Assembly: GCF_009914755.1 (NCBI RefSeq)
Contig: NC_060933.1
Source: the human T2T-CHM13v2.0 reference genome, Homo sapiens
Direction: 5' to 3' (one strand)
Length of the DNA: 64,000 bases
Shown here in pieces: positions 36,451-50,642 of the stretch. The notes under the pieces were generated by a model, which made no database searches, had not been told where the DNA came from, and worked only from the letters and a program-made list of their open reading frames with translations. The first letter of the stretch is position 1. Each line of letters begins with the position of its first letter. The translations under genes were made by a program, and so were the position numbers.

Positions 36451-38934
36451 ACAGCCTGAGGCACGTAGCCAACCATCTGGTTCTAAACTACTTTTCCAAC
36501 TTTATCCACCATTTTGCTCCAAGAAATAATTTTCTCCATATTGCCTTGTCATGTGTCTATCACCTGGCTACACCAGACTCATTCTGAATATTCTGTTTTC
36601 GCATCCACTCTATACCTTCAACCTCTCTGCCCATTAGAAGTTGCACATTGAGGCTTACACAGTCTGCATTGTGTAAGACTCAGATCATGTCCTAATGCCT
36701 CATGAATCATTTTCCATTTATTTCACCTATACTGATTTCTCAGATCTCATAAAGTAACTAGCAGAATAACCTGGACTATGCATGCTTCATTTCCTTGTGA
36801 AGAATGTTATACTGCTATTTAAATAATCTGCATACAAAGCAAGGGAGACTTAAGCCTCCCTATGAAACCGAAAGTAAAACTTATTTGCCTTTTACATTGT
36901 AGAAGTTCAGGCTCTGATAATGGAGTTGGGCAAGAACTGTAGACAGCCTGAAGGAGAGAATGCTGAAAGAAAAAAGATTCCCTCAGAAGTTGGTGGAATG
37001 GAAAAATACAGATGTAATTAGTTATAAAAATAATCAGAAGAAATAAACACAATTATACAATTATAAAATTTGATAGGCATAAGGAAGGAGGTGAGCTAAA
37101 TCTTAAAGTCATGTGGGGCAACAGATAATGCATGTTTACCAATAAAGTAGTTTACACATATATTTTAGTGCTGGAATCACAACTAACAGAAGATCTAAAA
37201 ATAGAAGTAGTTAAAAGTAGTTGAGTCTAGATAGTGAGTGGAAGCAGGGAGGGGCAGGGTCAGGGCACTTTAAAAAATACATAGGCTGTTCTTTTAATAT
37301 TTGCTTTGTTTTTAACATGCATATCTATTACTTTGACAACAAAACATAAATAAAATAATTTTGGTATGCCCGTTACTTCAGTGGTCAGGTTGGACCACCT
37401 GGTTCAAATATTCATTTTTCACAAAATCCAGAGGAGTCCTTTGACGTGGGAATTTTCATTTGCAGTTCATTGTGTTTAGCTTAAGCATGGCTAATATATG
37501 GCAAATTTCAATTTCCATAAAGTAAGATTCTGTTACCAACTTCTAACTCCTACTTAGTAAGACATTGATAAACCCTAGCCCAGTGTACCTAAGAATGATA
37601 TTTGCTTGGTAATGTTTAAATGCCAGATGATCTTTTCCATTCCAACTCTGTTCTTATTCCACCAAAGGGCACACTAGCATGTTGCTTTGTTGTATTAGAG
37701 TTCAGATTTTCAATTGCAAAACTTTTTCTCTGTCTATATCTGTAAGTGTTTAAAATTCAGGTTTTAAGTCAGCAACACAGTCAATTACACCACTAAGCAA
37801 ACTTTACTTTCCATCAATACCATTCGCAAAAAGCCTTTCTGTCTCATTTCCATCTCTGGGCATTCTCTGCCCGGCTGCCTTGTGCTCTTTAGGCCACTGA
37901 GGTTGTTGAAAAGTCTTCATTTGCAAGCTCTTTTGTGGGAAGTGGAGCTTCCTGGTTGTATCATAACTAGAAACTGGCCTCCTGTTGGGCTGAAATCTAG
38001 CATCCTTATGTTTCCTTTTTAATTTTCTAAACTACCCTCCCACCTGTAGCTTCCTAGACCTTTTCTGTTTGGCTATTTCATACCCTGTGCCACGCAAGTT
38101 TTATTTGACACACCACAGCCATTCAGATATTTGTTCCATGTAGGTTAACTTGACAAAAATAGAGTACTAAGATATAGAAAACTACCAATGTGTCCCCCTA
38201 CCCCTGCCTGCCACCATGCCATAAAGTTATTACAGACTGACTTGGATTTTGGATCCAATTTCTTCTTGAAAATAAGGCAGACTTTCCTAAGGTTGAAAAA
38301 GCATGTTTTAAAGAAAATAGAATGAAAAACAAGTCTACATTACAGCATGAAAGAGGAATTTCAAAATGTGTTTAATTTAAAACATCCAGTATGCCATTTG
38401 CTATAGTCTGAAAGGTCACCGGTTGCTTATGTTTTATTATTTTGCTTGGTTTTATTTTTAATAATTTTGATTCTGGAGATCCTGCATTTCAAATCCTAAA
38501 ACCAGTGGCAAAAGCAAGTAAGCACCTAGCCAAGGTAAGGCTTTAATATCTGACTGGTAGAAAGAGACGCAGGAGGAAGACAGCAAAACAAGTCAATGTA
38601 ACACTGCTGTTTGCACAGGCAGCTGCAGAAGCAAGGCAAGATCTGCAGATGTGGATGTCTGACCTTTAATCCAACAAGAGTCTCACTAAGGATTGAAAAT
38701 AGATCATTTCAGTCTAGTAGGAAGGTTTGAGACAGATGTGCTGACAGAAGAAGAAAGTCTGGCATTAAATTGTATAGGTATCTGCTGACCAGAAAAACAC
38801 AGCTTCTAAGAAAAGAGCAAAACCATCAGGTCTCCTAATATTTTTTTGGCCACAGGGTTGGGAAATGAGATTGCAGATGTCAATATGGGACTACATTCTC
38901 AACAATTTAAGATTTGGTTTCAGTCACACATCCC

Positions 38935-39309
38935 AGGTGAATGTGTCCCTTCCAAAATTCAGGTATTGCCAATTTGATACTAATAGGAGATAAGGCCTTT
39001 AAGAGATGATTAGGCCACAAGACCTCCTCCTTTGTAAACAGGATTAGGTTCCCTTATACAAGGGCTTGACAGGAGTTTGTCTCTTTTTGCCCTTCTGTCT
39101 TCTGACCTGTGAGGACGCAGTGTTTCCTGCTCCAGAGGATGCTGCATCAAGGCGCCATCTTGGAAGCAGAGAGCCGCCCTCACCAAACAACTGTGGCACC
39201 TTGATTTTGCACTTCCCAGTCTCCAGAACTGTGAAAAAATAAATTTTTGTTCTTTATCAAGTTTCCAGTCTCAGGTATTTGTTATAGCATCACACAATGG
39301 ACTAGAACA
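38935..39309 (+). mobile_element. MSTC/MSTD-like MaLR LTR
   Basis: aatgtgtcccttccaaaattca...ggcgccatcttggaagcagagag...ggactagaaca. Confidence 0.8.
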
Positions 39310-39429
39310 GTAAGGAACACAGATCTAGTGACATGTGATAATTTCTATCTCTGAAATTAGTATAGTTTACTTTTCTGTCCCAGGATGAATTATATCATCA
39401 AAAAAACAATAGCTTTAATGTAAATATAA

Positions 39430-39870
39430 CTGACACTTCTCATATTGTTGTAGCTAGGCTCTGTGCAAAGACCTTACTTCATGACCTCTTCTCAGATCAA
39501 TACTGAAAGTAAATGAATATCATTCCCATTTTAAAGACAAATGAAGGGTTAAGTAAGTCAATTAAGAGTTCTGCATGTCCCCACTCCACCAAAGGAAGAA
39601 CTCAAAGCTAAACCTTTCAGATGATAAAACCAATGCTCTTTCAATTAAAAGCAAAGTAGATTATACAGTAAGATAAATCTGAATTTGCCTCCTAGCTCTA
39701 CCATTTACTAGCTATCTAACCACAGGCAAGCCAATTTCTGGTAGTCTCACTATCCTTCTATTATGTAAAATGGGACTATTAGTCTACTTCTTGGGGGCAT
39801 TCAGTAAGGTTAAATAAGATAATTTATCTTAAACATTTTGCAAGGTAGCTGGTTTATAGTACTCAATAAA
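39430..39870. mobile_element. Two adjacent MIRs in opposite orientation (about 39430-39640 minus, 39665-39870 plus)
   Basis: atcattcccattttaaagac (minus core); ctctaccatttactagct...gtaaaatggga...gtactcaataaa (plus). Confidence 0.6.
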
Positions 39871-40840
39871 AGACTAGACAAATATGTCTCTCCAATCTCT
39901 TTTTTTAAAGCCATCATAAGTATGAATTGTATTTTAGTATTTTAATTTTCAATTATTTCACTAATATTATTTGTGCATATACCTACGTACACTACAAGTG
40001 TGAAACTAGGACAATAATGTATCAAGACAAAAAGAGAATCAATTCTAGAGAACTTAGCTTCCAAAGAGATGCCTAGAACACAGAGAGATGAGACTAATCA
40101 GTGAGATGCCTTTAAAGAAAAAGATGCAAAGACACAAGGAGTTGGTCAAGAGGAAAATAAGGAACAAAGGAACAAATACTTGTCACATTTTTAAAGAAAA
40201 TTAGGAATTCAAATCCGTCTGCTCAATTTCCAATAAAAATTAAAAAAAAAATCAACAGAAGGCTAAGTCCACTCTAATAGTTGGATAAGAAGGAAATACA
40301 AACTGGAAATACCATTTGGCATTACATAGCAGGCTGGAGTGGCACCAAAGGAATCAACATGTCCCCAAAATATGACAGTAGCTTGAGACAAAACACAAGG
40401 AAATGCTGGAGCAAGGGGGAATAATCTAGGCTGTGGGAATGGGATTTGCTATTTCCTTTTGAATACTGGACCCTACTTTTGTAAAATGTTGAATGAGGAC
40501 TGCACTCTACTCTATTCTGCACTTTGATTTCCATATACCTACTCACGTGTCAGTTGCTTTAACTGCCAAGAGCATAAGCCATCAATTGCCAGGGAGAAAA
40601 GTCAAAGAAGAGCCTTTTTTCTCCTGTGTCTTTCAGTTAGAGTAGGCATAAAGGAACTGACTGCTACAATTCACTTTCTTTGTCTGACAGAGAATAATGA
40701 TGCTTCTTTTCTCAATGTCTCTTAATCCTTCCTAACTAGTAGAGAAAGGCTGGTGTACCATTTCTCACTAACATGTTAGAAAAAGTAGTCCCCCAAATTA
40801 AGAGAACCCCCATTTCTCAACGTCTTGATGATTTCCAGAG

Positions 40841-41325
40841 TTTTTTTTTTTAACTAATATACAATTTTTAGAGCAGTTTTAGATTTATGGAAAAATTGAG
40901 CAGACTAAGTATAGAGTTAATGTACATTCCATATATTCCCTTTCTCTTCCCTGCCATAGTTTTCCTGTGTTAACATATTGCAGTAGTGTAGCACATTTGT
41001 TCCAGTTGAACTGACAGTCACATTACTAACTAAAGTCTATAATTTACATTAGAGTTCACTCTGAATTGTACAGTTCTATGGGTTTTGACAAATACATACT
41101 GTCGTGTATCCACTATTACAGTATCATACAGAATAATTTTACTGCCCTAAAACTTCCCTGTGCTCCACCTATTTATCACTTTCTCCCCTCAACCCCTGAG
41201 TCTCTTCGGCCATTTCTATAGTTTGCCTTTTCCAGAGTGTCATACGTTTGAAATCATACAGTATGTAGCCGTTTCGGACTGGCTTCTTTCACTTAGGAAT
41301 ATTCATTTAAGGTTTATGTCATTTC
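40841..41325 (-). mobile_element. L1MC-type LINE-1 3' end
   Basis: tttagagcagttttagattt...gtacagttctatgggttttgacaaat...gactggcttctttcacttag. Confidence 0.85.
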
Positions 41326-41589
41326 ATTAAAGTTTTTTTTAACAACTCTGCATAACAAGAGTTGACTAAGTCATAGATACCTTAGTGTTGAAAAGTCAGC
41401 AAAATTACCTCTGACATTTAGGCTAGAACAAGCCTAAAGCCTAGCGCCCTCCCAAGATGTTGCACATTTTCCCTCAGTTTCTATTTCACAGCGTAACAAT
41501 TTCCCACCAGGAAAACCTTCTTCATATCTGCACTAAATTGCTGAAATCCTTTTAGATTTTAGTGAGGATTCAATAGGATAGAAACGTTC

Positions 41590-41720
41590 TCTTTTTCTCA
41601 TTCAACAGACATTTATTAAGCACTTATGTGCATTCAATACATTGTGTGCCAGACTTTGTGCTAGTAGCCACTAGAGGCGTAAAGATGAATAAAACCCAGT
41701 CCTTATTCTTAAAATCTAAA
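41590..41720 (-). mobile_element. L2 3' end
   Basis: tcattcaacagacatttattaagcac...tgtgccag. Confidence 0.65.
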
Positions 41721-42891
41721 TGTCTTTGTTCCTTCTAATATCCTTTGCATTCTTCCAATTAAAGCATGTTTTGCCTTGTCACTCTCCTTCCAGGGAAACT
41801 ATTTAATACAATTACTCTTAGTTGCCAAACACACCAAATCAAGAATTAATGCCAAGCATGGAAAGTGCTACCATATTAACTTAACTAATCGAACTTCCAT
41901 TATTTCCCAAGTATGCTTACAATTGTCACAAATTCATGTGACAAGAATATCCTTTGTAAGGGAAGGTTTAAACCAAGGTTATGACTTTGCTATCCATCTG
42001 ATAAGACATGCATGTTCCTATCTGGTGCCTGCCATAATCTTCTTCTTGCAACTATAAAGATTCTCCAGCTCTAACTTCTTGGGCCACATTTGCCCTACTG
42101 CAAGCCACATGGGCAAACATTCTGCCACTCCACACTCCATACCATGAAGGGATGGGGACCCTCTGAAGCTGCCCGCCCCTGCCGGGGCACCTCTTGTAGC
42201 CATTCTCACCTACCAGCCTAAACCATGCTGGCCACAGTTGCTTCTCTATGACTCTGTACCTTCCCGGCCTGACTTTCTGGAAAGGAGGATACTTGGAAAG
42301 CAGAATTCCCACAGCTGTTTTGAGGTTTATCTGTGCTTCAAGTTTGAAAAGTTAATTCTGAAACCCAAAATCTGAGCATTGCCTATTCTATCTTTCTACA
42401 GATAGGCTATAGCAAACCGTAGGAGAGAAAAAAATGAAAACTTTACTACTGCCTGAAAGGGGAACATGGTAAATTTAGCAGAAAATATGGGGGAAAGAAG
42501 CATAGTTGTAGTATTTCAAAACATGGTTCCATTATATGAGTAGAAAATTCTAGGTTTATTTCTGCTTTGGGTTAATTAAAAAGTGACCTTGCCAAATGAC
42601 GGTCAGTTGGATACCTCTTATCATCCTTCAGTGGTATTACATGGTTTTTCCTGGAACTACAGATCTGCATTACTTGGTTGGGGAGGAGTGGGTGGATATA
42701 TTTAGAAACACTCAATAATTAAAATCACTTTCTACTTACCTTCTGCAAACACATCTTAATGATAGAGTTTCCTTCAATTCCATTAAAGCACAGTTTTAAT
42801 GAAATCTGTTATCTCAGCTTCTTTTAAGGAGATATGTTCTCAGTAATTCTATTTTAAGGGGGCTATCTTTTCTTTCTAATGCTTACCGAGA

Positions 42892-42922
42892 ACACACACA
42901 CACACATGCACACACACACACA
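42892..42922. repeat. (CA)n microsatellite, interrupted
   Basis: Direct reading. Confidence 0.9.
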
Positions 42923-43149
42923 GTTTGCTGTGATCTCTCCAAAAATAAATTAAGAAGTAGTAAAAGAAAGTGAGTGGAGTTAGGCAAGAAAAAGCACCCA
43001 AGGGAAGCTGCTAGCTCTTTTCAAGTCCTCAGGAAAACAGCATAAACAAATATACCTTTTTAGCAGTGTAATCTTTAAATAACCTTATAAGAGTCATGAT
43101 TCACTTTTAAGAACAGCTCCTTGAACTTCCTTCAAAGTTCCCATGGCCT

Positions 43150-43260
43150 TGCTGACGTCACCCTTCCAAGGATACTGAGGTCATACCTCTAGACTTTTTC
43201 TGGAAATACTCTGCACTTTATAGGAATGATTAATTTATGCAAAACTGCTTAATTACCTTG
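43150..43260. promoter_or_regulatory. Candidate enhancer motif cluster (full CRE, nuclear receptor half site, homeodomain/POU-like)
   Basis: TGCTGACGTCA at 43150-43160, TGAGGTCA, gattaatttatgcaaaa in non-repeat DNA. Confidence 0.3.
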
Positions 43261-44339
43261 TGAAAAACACATAGACAGGAAATAGAGAAATCATGCATCA
43301 ACAGACTAGCAACGTGGGTCATCTGCAATTCTTCATGTTCAAGACAACAACCTGCTTGTTAGTGAAGGGATGCTGTCCTAAAGATTTGTCAGATTGTGTT
43401 GGAACCTCCCTGAGATAGCAGGTGAACCCTAAGGGGATGTGGAGATTGGAGTTACAGGACCCAAAAGACAGCCCACTGGTGGCAGTAGCAGCTTCTGGAT
43501 TCTGTCAGTGGGTATAATCTGTTAATTCAATTTGTCCTGGCTTCAGCTTCCCTTTGGACTTTGAGATCTGCTAAAAGTTTATGAGAGAAAAAAAAAGTGG
43601 GTAGCATTTGTTTTTCTTTATATTTCGTCTTCTAAACTCCCAGATGTCAATTGGTAGTAGTGGTAGTATTGGCAGCAGCAGTGGTAGTGCCAGTAGTAGT
43701 AATAGTTGTAAAAAGAACAGTAGCAACTAACATTAATTATGTCTTATAAAATGAGCACATAAAACTCTTATATCAAATCTGAGATATAGCTATTTACAAT
43801 GTTCTTCTACAAAGGAAGAAGCTAAACCTCAAAAGGAGAGTGACTTATCTGCAATCACTCACAATTAGTAAAGGGCAGAGACAGAATTCAAGCCCAGACA
43901 CTTGCCTCTAATACCCTTGATGCTGTGTGATAATATGTAAGACCATAAGATGAAAAGCCATTATCTCAGTCTCTGATTGAATACTATACAAAAGTAGTTT
44001 GTTGCTTCATTCGTATTCTGCTTATAAAAATACACTCAACAAATGACACCATGGTGTTTCACATTCTCTCCACAGTATTAGAAAACTCTGGCACAGAAGT
44101 TATCAATATTTAAAAAAAAATCCATAGGAGTTACCATCTTCTATTCACATTCAGCCAGATACAGATTTCTTTAACATACATTATTGACTACTAACAATGG
44201 GCAAAGCACTATACTAAGTGCCTCCACATACATATTTTGATGTAACCCTAATAGCAGATAAGGGAGATTGCATTATTTCCACTTGCTAGATGAGGCAATG
44301 TAAGAAAAAGAAGATAGTCATGAATCCATTTAATTATTA

Positions 44340-44650
44340 ATTTATTCAACCAATATTTGAATATCTACTACATACCAGGCACCATTCTAGGTACTGGGGA
44401 TGCAGGAATGAAAAAACAGACCCTGCTCGACCAAGGTTTAATTCAAGGGAAACACACACACACGTGCAATTCAAAAAGATGTCAGGACATGGTAAGTGCC
44501 ATGAAGAAAAACTAAACAACACAAGGGATAAATATTGAGGTGGTGGTGACAGGGAAGCCCTTTTACATGGAAAGCCTCTCTGATGATGACAGTTAAGCAG
44601 AAACATGAAGTGAAGGAGTAGATATATGGGAAAAGAGCACTCTCACCAGA
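44340..44650 (-). mobile_element. L2a-like 3' end
   Basis: ttattcaaccaatatttgaatatctactacataccaggcaccattctaggtactgggga. Confidence 0.8.
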
Positions 44651-45133
44651 GACACATTTATCAAAACCGACTTCGTGCCAGTACTGAGCTTGGTACCGTA
44701 GATATAATGATTAATGAGGCACGGTCTTGACCTACCAGGAGCTTTTGGTCTATTTGTGAAGACATATATAAATACATTATTATAGTATGATCCATACACG
44801 TTCAGGGCATTATGAGCAGGGCCAGGACTAGGACAAGGCAAGGAAACAACTTCATTTTAAAAGCAGACAACACCAGGATGGCTGATTTTTGTCTTGTGCC
44901 TCAGGTTCTAGTATGGCTCTGCATGGCACTGATTATAAGTACATACAGGAAAGGTTTCTTACCCTCTTCCTGGGGACCGGTGGTCCTGGAACTGATTACA
45001 TATGAGCTGAGCCTTAACTGATAGTAGCAGCTAAATTCAGTGCCTTGTCAGAGTCACAGAGCCCAGGAAGTGTACAACAAGGCTTCAAAATACACATTTC
45101 TATATTAAAGATCATGGCTATATCTACCTGATC

Positions 45134-45305
45134 AGCATTTCCTGAAGTATGTTTGCTGTGTTTGCAGAGCAGTGAATCCACAGGATATTAATAAGTATTA
45201 CTGGAAAAACTGGTTTGGTGATCAAATAAGCTTGAGAACATTCAGCATATAAGAATTTTAACCGGCTTCTTTATTGAAGAACTTTTCAGAGACTTCGTAA
45301 GCAAA
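45134..45305. mobile_element. MER103-like hAT-Charlie fragment
   Basis: cagcatttcctgaagtatgtt...gatattaataagtatt...tcaaataagcttgagaa. Confidence 0.55.
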
Positions 45306-45460
45306 CAATACCCACCACTGAGAGAAGCATTTCTTCCTTCACAAGGACAACAGAGAAGCAAAGTGCAACCAAACAACAATAATGCAACTATTGTTTATTG
45401 TGTGTATTACAGGCCAGCACTTTACACATACATATATACATGCAAAGTACAAACTATGCA

Positions 45461-45563
45461 ATATATGTGTGTGTGTGTGTATATATATATATATACACAC
45501 ATACACACACACACACATATATATATATATACACATATATATGTATACGTGTGTGTACGTGTG
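45461..45563. repeat. Compound (TG)n(TA)n(CA)n microsatellite within a minus-strand MIR
   Basis: 103 nt of uninterrupted purine-pyrimidine alternation. Confidence 0.95.
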
Positions 45564-47139
45564 ATTTCATCTTTATAATAACCCTGGAAGATACTTGTTG
45601 TTATTTCCATTTTGCAGTTGAGAAAAACTGAAGGATTTAAAGACTCTAACAATTAGCCTGAAGTTATGCAGTTTATATGTAGCAGACCCAAAGGCTTTGA
45701 CTCCAAAGTTTGTGTTTTCTTAGACACTATACTGCCACTCTGGAGTCTAGGTAATATTCAGAGACTGCACAAAAGCTGGCGAAAGTACCTCTGGTGGATT
45801 CACGAATTTGAATAATAAACCAGAACAGTATTAATTCCAAATGATTTGGGAAACAAGCCTATAGAACAAAATGAACTATGAAGATGCTGAAGTTTGCAAA
45901 GTCGATTTTGGTTTGGTTGTTTTCTGAGCCCCGTGTGTATCCACCTATCTTGCAGGTTTCTGGTAATTATGAAAAACATACCATTTTCCGAGTTTTTTTT
46001 TCCGTAGATAATACTGTTTTACTCATTTTTTTTTCATTCAACTGAGAGTGTATGCAACGATCCTCTGTATATTCTGAACCCAACAAGGCAAGGATCTTGG
46101 GTTATGTCAGCCTTGCCTTCCAACCACATGACTGGTTGGGGTTGTCCTTTCTATAGCCACAAACACTTAACCCAGTCAAATTTCTTCCATGATCAAAGGG
46201 GCTGACTTACGAGCAGGAACTTCATGAGCAAAATGCATAAAAATATAAGATGAATATCAAAGGGAGACCCAGGTGGCAGATTCCCTGTGTTATTTTTAGT
46301 TAGACCACCAAAACCTTTTTGTCTTCATAAACAGAACCTATCTGGATTCAGCCTTATTCCTTTGGAGAAGCTGATTAAATAAGAAAGGAATTTTGCCACT
46401 AATAGGCAATGCCCAACAAAAATGAGGCTCTTGTGGCTCATCTCAAAAGGAAAAGCTACAAGAAAGCACTGAATTTGCAAAGAAGTGAACCTCATAAATT
46501 GTGCACAAAAAGGTTTTGAAGATTCAGATAAAAAGCTCAGTTCCAGCATGACCATCTGTTATGTCCCCCTAAAAGAAGATAACTAGTAGTTTATAAAAGC
46601 AATAAAACAGTTCCAGAGCTCAAAGGCAATAGTAAGGACTTCCAGTTACAAATCAGGGAACATGCAGACTGATATCCAACTGAGCGTGCTTCCATTACCC
46701 CCCGCACTGCCTCTCCAGTCAGAAACAAAGATTCTCTAGTTACTGGTGTCTGATCTACTCGTTTTCTCCCTCAAAGGGATTATGATTGGGCATCAAAGCT
46801 GCTGTCCCTCTTTCCTTCTGTTGATGTGCACTGCTTAATTTTTTTTATCTGGCTACCTTTTCCATACACATATATCATCTTTGACCTCTTCCATCTCACT
46901 CTGCCTCAGCCTCTTCCAAGTCTTATCCACTTTTCTTAGCTCTCCACCCCCACCCCACCATTTGATTGAGTAGTGAGCCAAGACTGGAATCATATCCGGA
47001 CTAGTCAGTATGAGAAGTCAATGATATACCTGGTCAAAAAGAAGAAAGTTTAACCATAAACCAGATAAATCAACTCCTGAAACTGAAATAAAAGGCTCCC
47101 ATAGTTTCTCCCCTCAAGCCTCCTTCCCAGCTTCTTAAT

Positions 47140-47365
47140 CGAGCTTTGCAGTCAAGAGTTTGGGCAAAGGCTTGTGCTGCCTGGACCGTAATCTTGGCTG
47201 TGCACTTTCTGGATATCTGACCATGGGTGAATTACTTGACCTTTAAATCCCTCAATTTCCTCATTGGTAAATTGTGCACAGGATTAAATGAAATAACTTA
47301 TTTAAAGTGTATAACACAATGCCTCACAAATTTTTAAGTCCACAATTAATGTTACTCATCATTAT
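47140..47365 (+). mobile_element. MIR SINE
   Basis: ctgaccatgggtgaattacttgacc...ggattaaatgaaataac...aatgttact. Confidence 0.7.
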
Positions 47366-48639
47366 CAGCAGCAACAGCAGCTACATCTTTCTCCAATTAA
47401 ACTGTTATTTTTTTGCTCTTACCCTCCTTTTGTAGTAATTACTGACTGCAACTATATTTTTCCTATTCTTTTATTACAAACACACACTAAAATTACTTAA
47501 ATAATCATAGGAGCCTAGCTTTGGCCAATGATAATGTTAGAGGAGGTGAAGCCAGGGGAAGACCCAGGCTACCTGGTGGGTACCCAGTTCAGGGCCTGAC
47601 GTTCAGATCACAGGCTCTGCTCGAGGTCTGATTTTGTCAGCTTGCTAAGAATGGACCCATCTCTCAAGGGGTACATTTGAATTAATCAAACTCAGGAAAC
47701 ATTTATAGAACTGCAACACCTATCTTTTAATTTACAATAATAAACATAATTATGACAGAGCTGTAATACTTGTGGCAACAAAACCAGAGAAATGTCTCCC
47801 TGTAGATCTATATAAGAAGCCCAATTTTAACCAGAAGTTATTAGGCGAGTATGCAAATAAAACAAGAGAGTTAGCTGATTTTAGCTATACTCCCTAAAAC
47901 AGGCTGATGCATCTATTTTCCAGAGAGACAGATCTTTCAGCAGTCATTGGCTAAAGCTCCCTCTACAATATGTAGTACCACCTGGGGATGCTGCCAGTGG
48001 TTGTTCAAGGGGCTAATTTCTCAGTTCTTCCAGGGCTAAGAACTGAGTTTCCCTTCTTTGAGTAACATTCTTATAGGCCCCAAAGCTATTTTGCTTCTTA
48101 AAGGTAACTTTGCATATCTCTGTTCTGATCAATTTTATACTAATTTTATAGTTGCACTCCCTAGGGGGTATTTTTTTTCCCTTACACATAAGCTCTTGGG
48201 TTGAACCTCAACATACTAACAGCATTTACTATTTCCATTACTTTGCAGGGAAAATAGGTATGTGGGAAGATGGGGGCTACTGAAGGTCCAGTTATGTATC
48301 ATATTACTTTCCAGAAAAATTAGCTTCAAGTTCCAAGTAAATAACTTTACAAATGTATCTGACACTTGCTCCCACACCCTCCATCTCTATTAATAAACTA
48401 GCATTATGCTAACTTCATTTTTAAGCTAAAGAGTTTCTATTTCTAACTTACCTCTTCTCAATGATAAAGAGGTCATTATAATTTTTGGCATAAATGTGGC
48501 AAAAAGAAAATGGTGACACTTGTACCACCTACATGATCTGCAAACCACAGTTAAGAGTTGTTAATAACATGAGAAATTTTTGAATTTAAAGGGTTAAGTG
48601 AAAGGAATCAAGATTAAAAGTCATATATTCAGAATACGG

Positions 48640-48880
48640 GCAGTATACCATAGAATTCATCCTTGCTCCGAAACTTACTGCCTGGGGCAGATGCCTTACT
48701 CTGCTGTGTCTAATCAGATAAGCCAGTGATGTATCTTTTTGCTTCAGTTTCTTCATCTGGGAAATGGGAAGACCGTGCCTACATCATAGATTGTAATGAG
48801 GATGAAATGAGTTAATATCGGTGAAGTATTTAGAACAGGGACTAACACATAATAATCACTCAATAACTGTTAGCTCTTTA
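48640..48880 (+). mobile_element. MIR SINE
   Basis: cttcagtttcttcatctgggaaatggg...tgaggatgaaatgagttaat...ctcaataactgttagct. Confidence 0.8.
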
Positions 48881-49130
48881 TCATCTCCACTACAAAAATA
48901 CAATTAAAAAACTAGGGAGAATATATCCAAACATTATTATCTACCTCTGAAAAGGGCTTTCTTCCTCTTTATAGTGTCCTGTGCTTTCTCCAAATTTTGT
49001 CTAACGCCCATATACTACTCAGATAATAAAAAAAATAAACTTTTTCAAAAAATTAGCTCAGTTGGTAACTTTTAACCTGAAATAATGTTTGCCAAAAGCC
49101 CCTTTAATGATGCCATTCTAGATTCATAAC

Positions 49131-49290
49131 TGCATCACTTTTCTACTGCTGCCGTAACTACTTACCACAAACACAGTGGCTTAAAATGATACAAACGCAT
49201 CATCTTACAGTTCCACAGGTCTGAAGCCTAACACAGGTCTCCGTGTGCTACGATCAAGGTATGAGTAGGGCTACGTTCCTTTGTGGAGAC
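49131..49290 (-). mobile_element. MLT1 (C/D-like) LTR fragment
   Basis: ctgctgccgtaac...taccacaaacacagtggcttaaaa...tcttacagttc. Confidence 0.75.
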
Positions 49291-49304
49291 AGGAGACCAC
49301 TGAG

Positions 49305-49500
49305 TTGCACTGCCTAAAATAGTAGCTGTAGCCATACATAGCGATTTCAACTAATTACAATTGAATAATATTACAACTTCAGCTCTTCCATCACTCTGGC
49401 CACATTTCGAGCTCGGTCGCCACGTGTGGCCAGTGGCTTCTGCATGGGACAGCACAGATGCAAAACACTCCCATCACTGCGCAAAGTATGGACAGTGCTG
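49305..49500 (-). mobile_element. MER3 (hAT-Charlie)
   Basis: ggccacatttc...gccacgtgtggccagtggct...ggacagcacag...tggacagtgctg. Confidence 0.75.
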
Positions 49501-49923
49501 AGCTAGAGATGTGACTCATATGGACTTACTCACTGGCGTTCTTGTGCTTTAGGCATCTTTTCAGATACAAATGGGCTCAAGTCAATCTCCTGTTTAAAAT
49601 TCTTCTCTGGTGTCTATTGCTTATAACATTTTCCCAACATTTTAGAGCTATATAATTCAAACCAAATCTTATATATACATCATAAAATGTAGCTGCTGTC
49701 ATTATAACTCTAGTAGGTGCTTCAAGACCTCCATTAGCCTCATTCCGCTGTAAATATCTGAGCACTTTGATACTATCTGTCTAAAGACAAAGTGAAACTC
49801 CTTAGCATGGCATAAAAAACTGTTCTTCATCTAGTCCCCGCCCCTTCGCTCTTCCCCAGAGACCACTCCACTATTCCCTTTCACCCTTCTGTAACTTCAT
49901 ACATGAAATCCCCTCTACTGTAA

Positions 49924-50296
<373 letters not shown>

Positions 50297-50359
50297 TCAA
50301 CCTCTAACTCCATGTTCGCCATGGGGAGAAGCCTCCTGATGGAGAATTTTCACTCAGGC

Positions 50360-50535
50360 CAGGTGTTCTCATACATATTGAGAGCAATCACATGGATAGA
50401 CCTTTAAGGACTTTTCTGTGAATCCCCAAAATTGTATGCATAATTTCATGTGTAGGTACATTTAGAAGGTACATGCTCTCTGGTTTTTCTACAGTTATTA
50501 ACTGGCCAGTGACCCCAAAAGTTTAGGAACAGTGC
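50360..50535. mobile_element. MER117-like hAT-Charlie MITE
   Basis: aaattgtatgcataatttcatgtgt...gtgaccccaaaagtttaggaacagtg. Confidence 0.5.
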
Positions 50536-50642
50536 TAGAGAAATTTCAGGGTTCAAACAGGAGTCCTTTCAGCACTTTATGATCCCTCTTTTAATCTGTT
50601 TCCAAACATACCTTTTTATTTTTAAATTTCCTTACACAAATA

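Noticed and set aside
45339-45652. Five overlapping ORFs rich in Y/I/H/T/C/V
   Set aside because: An artefact of the stop-free dinucleotide repeat.
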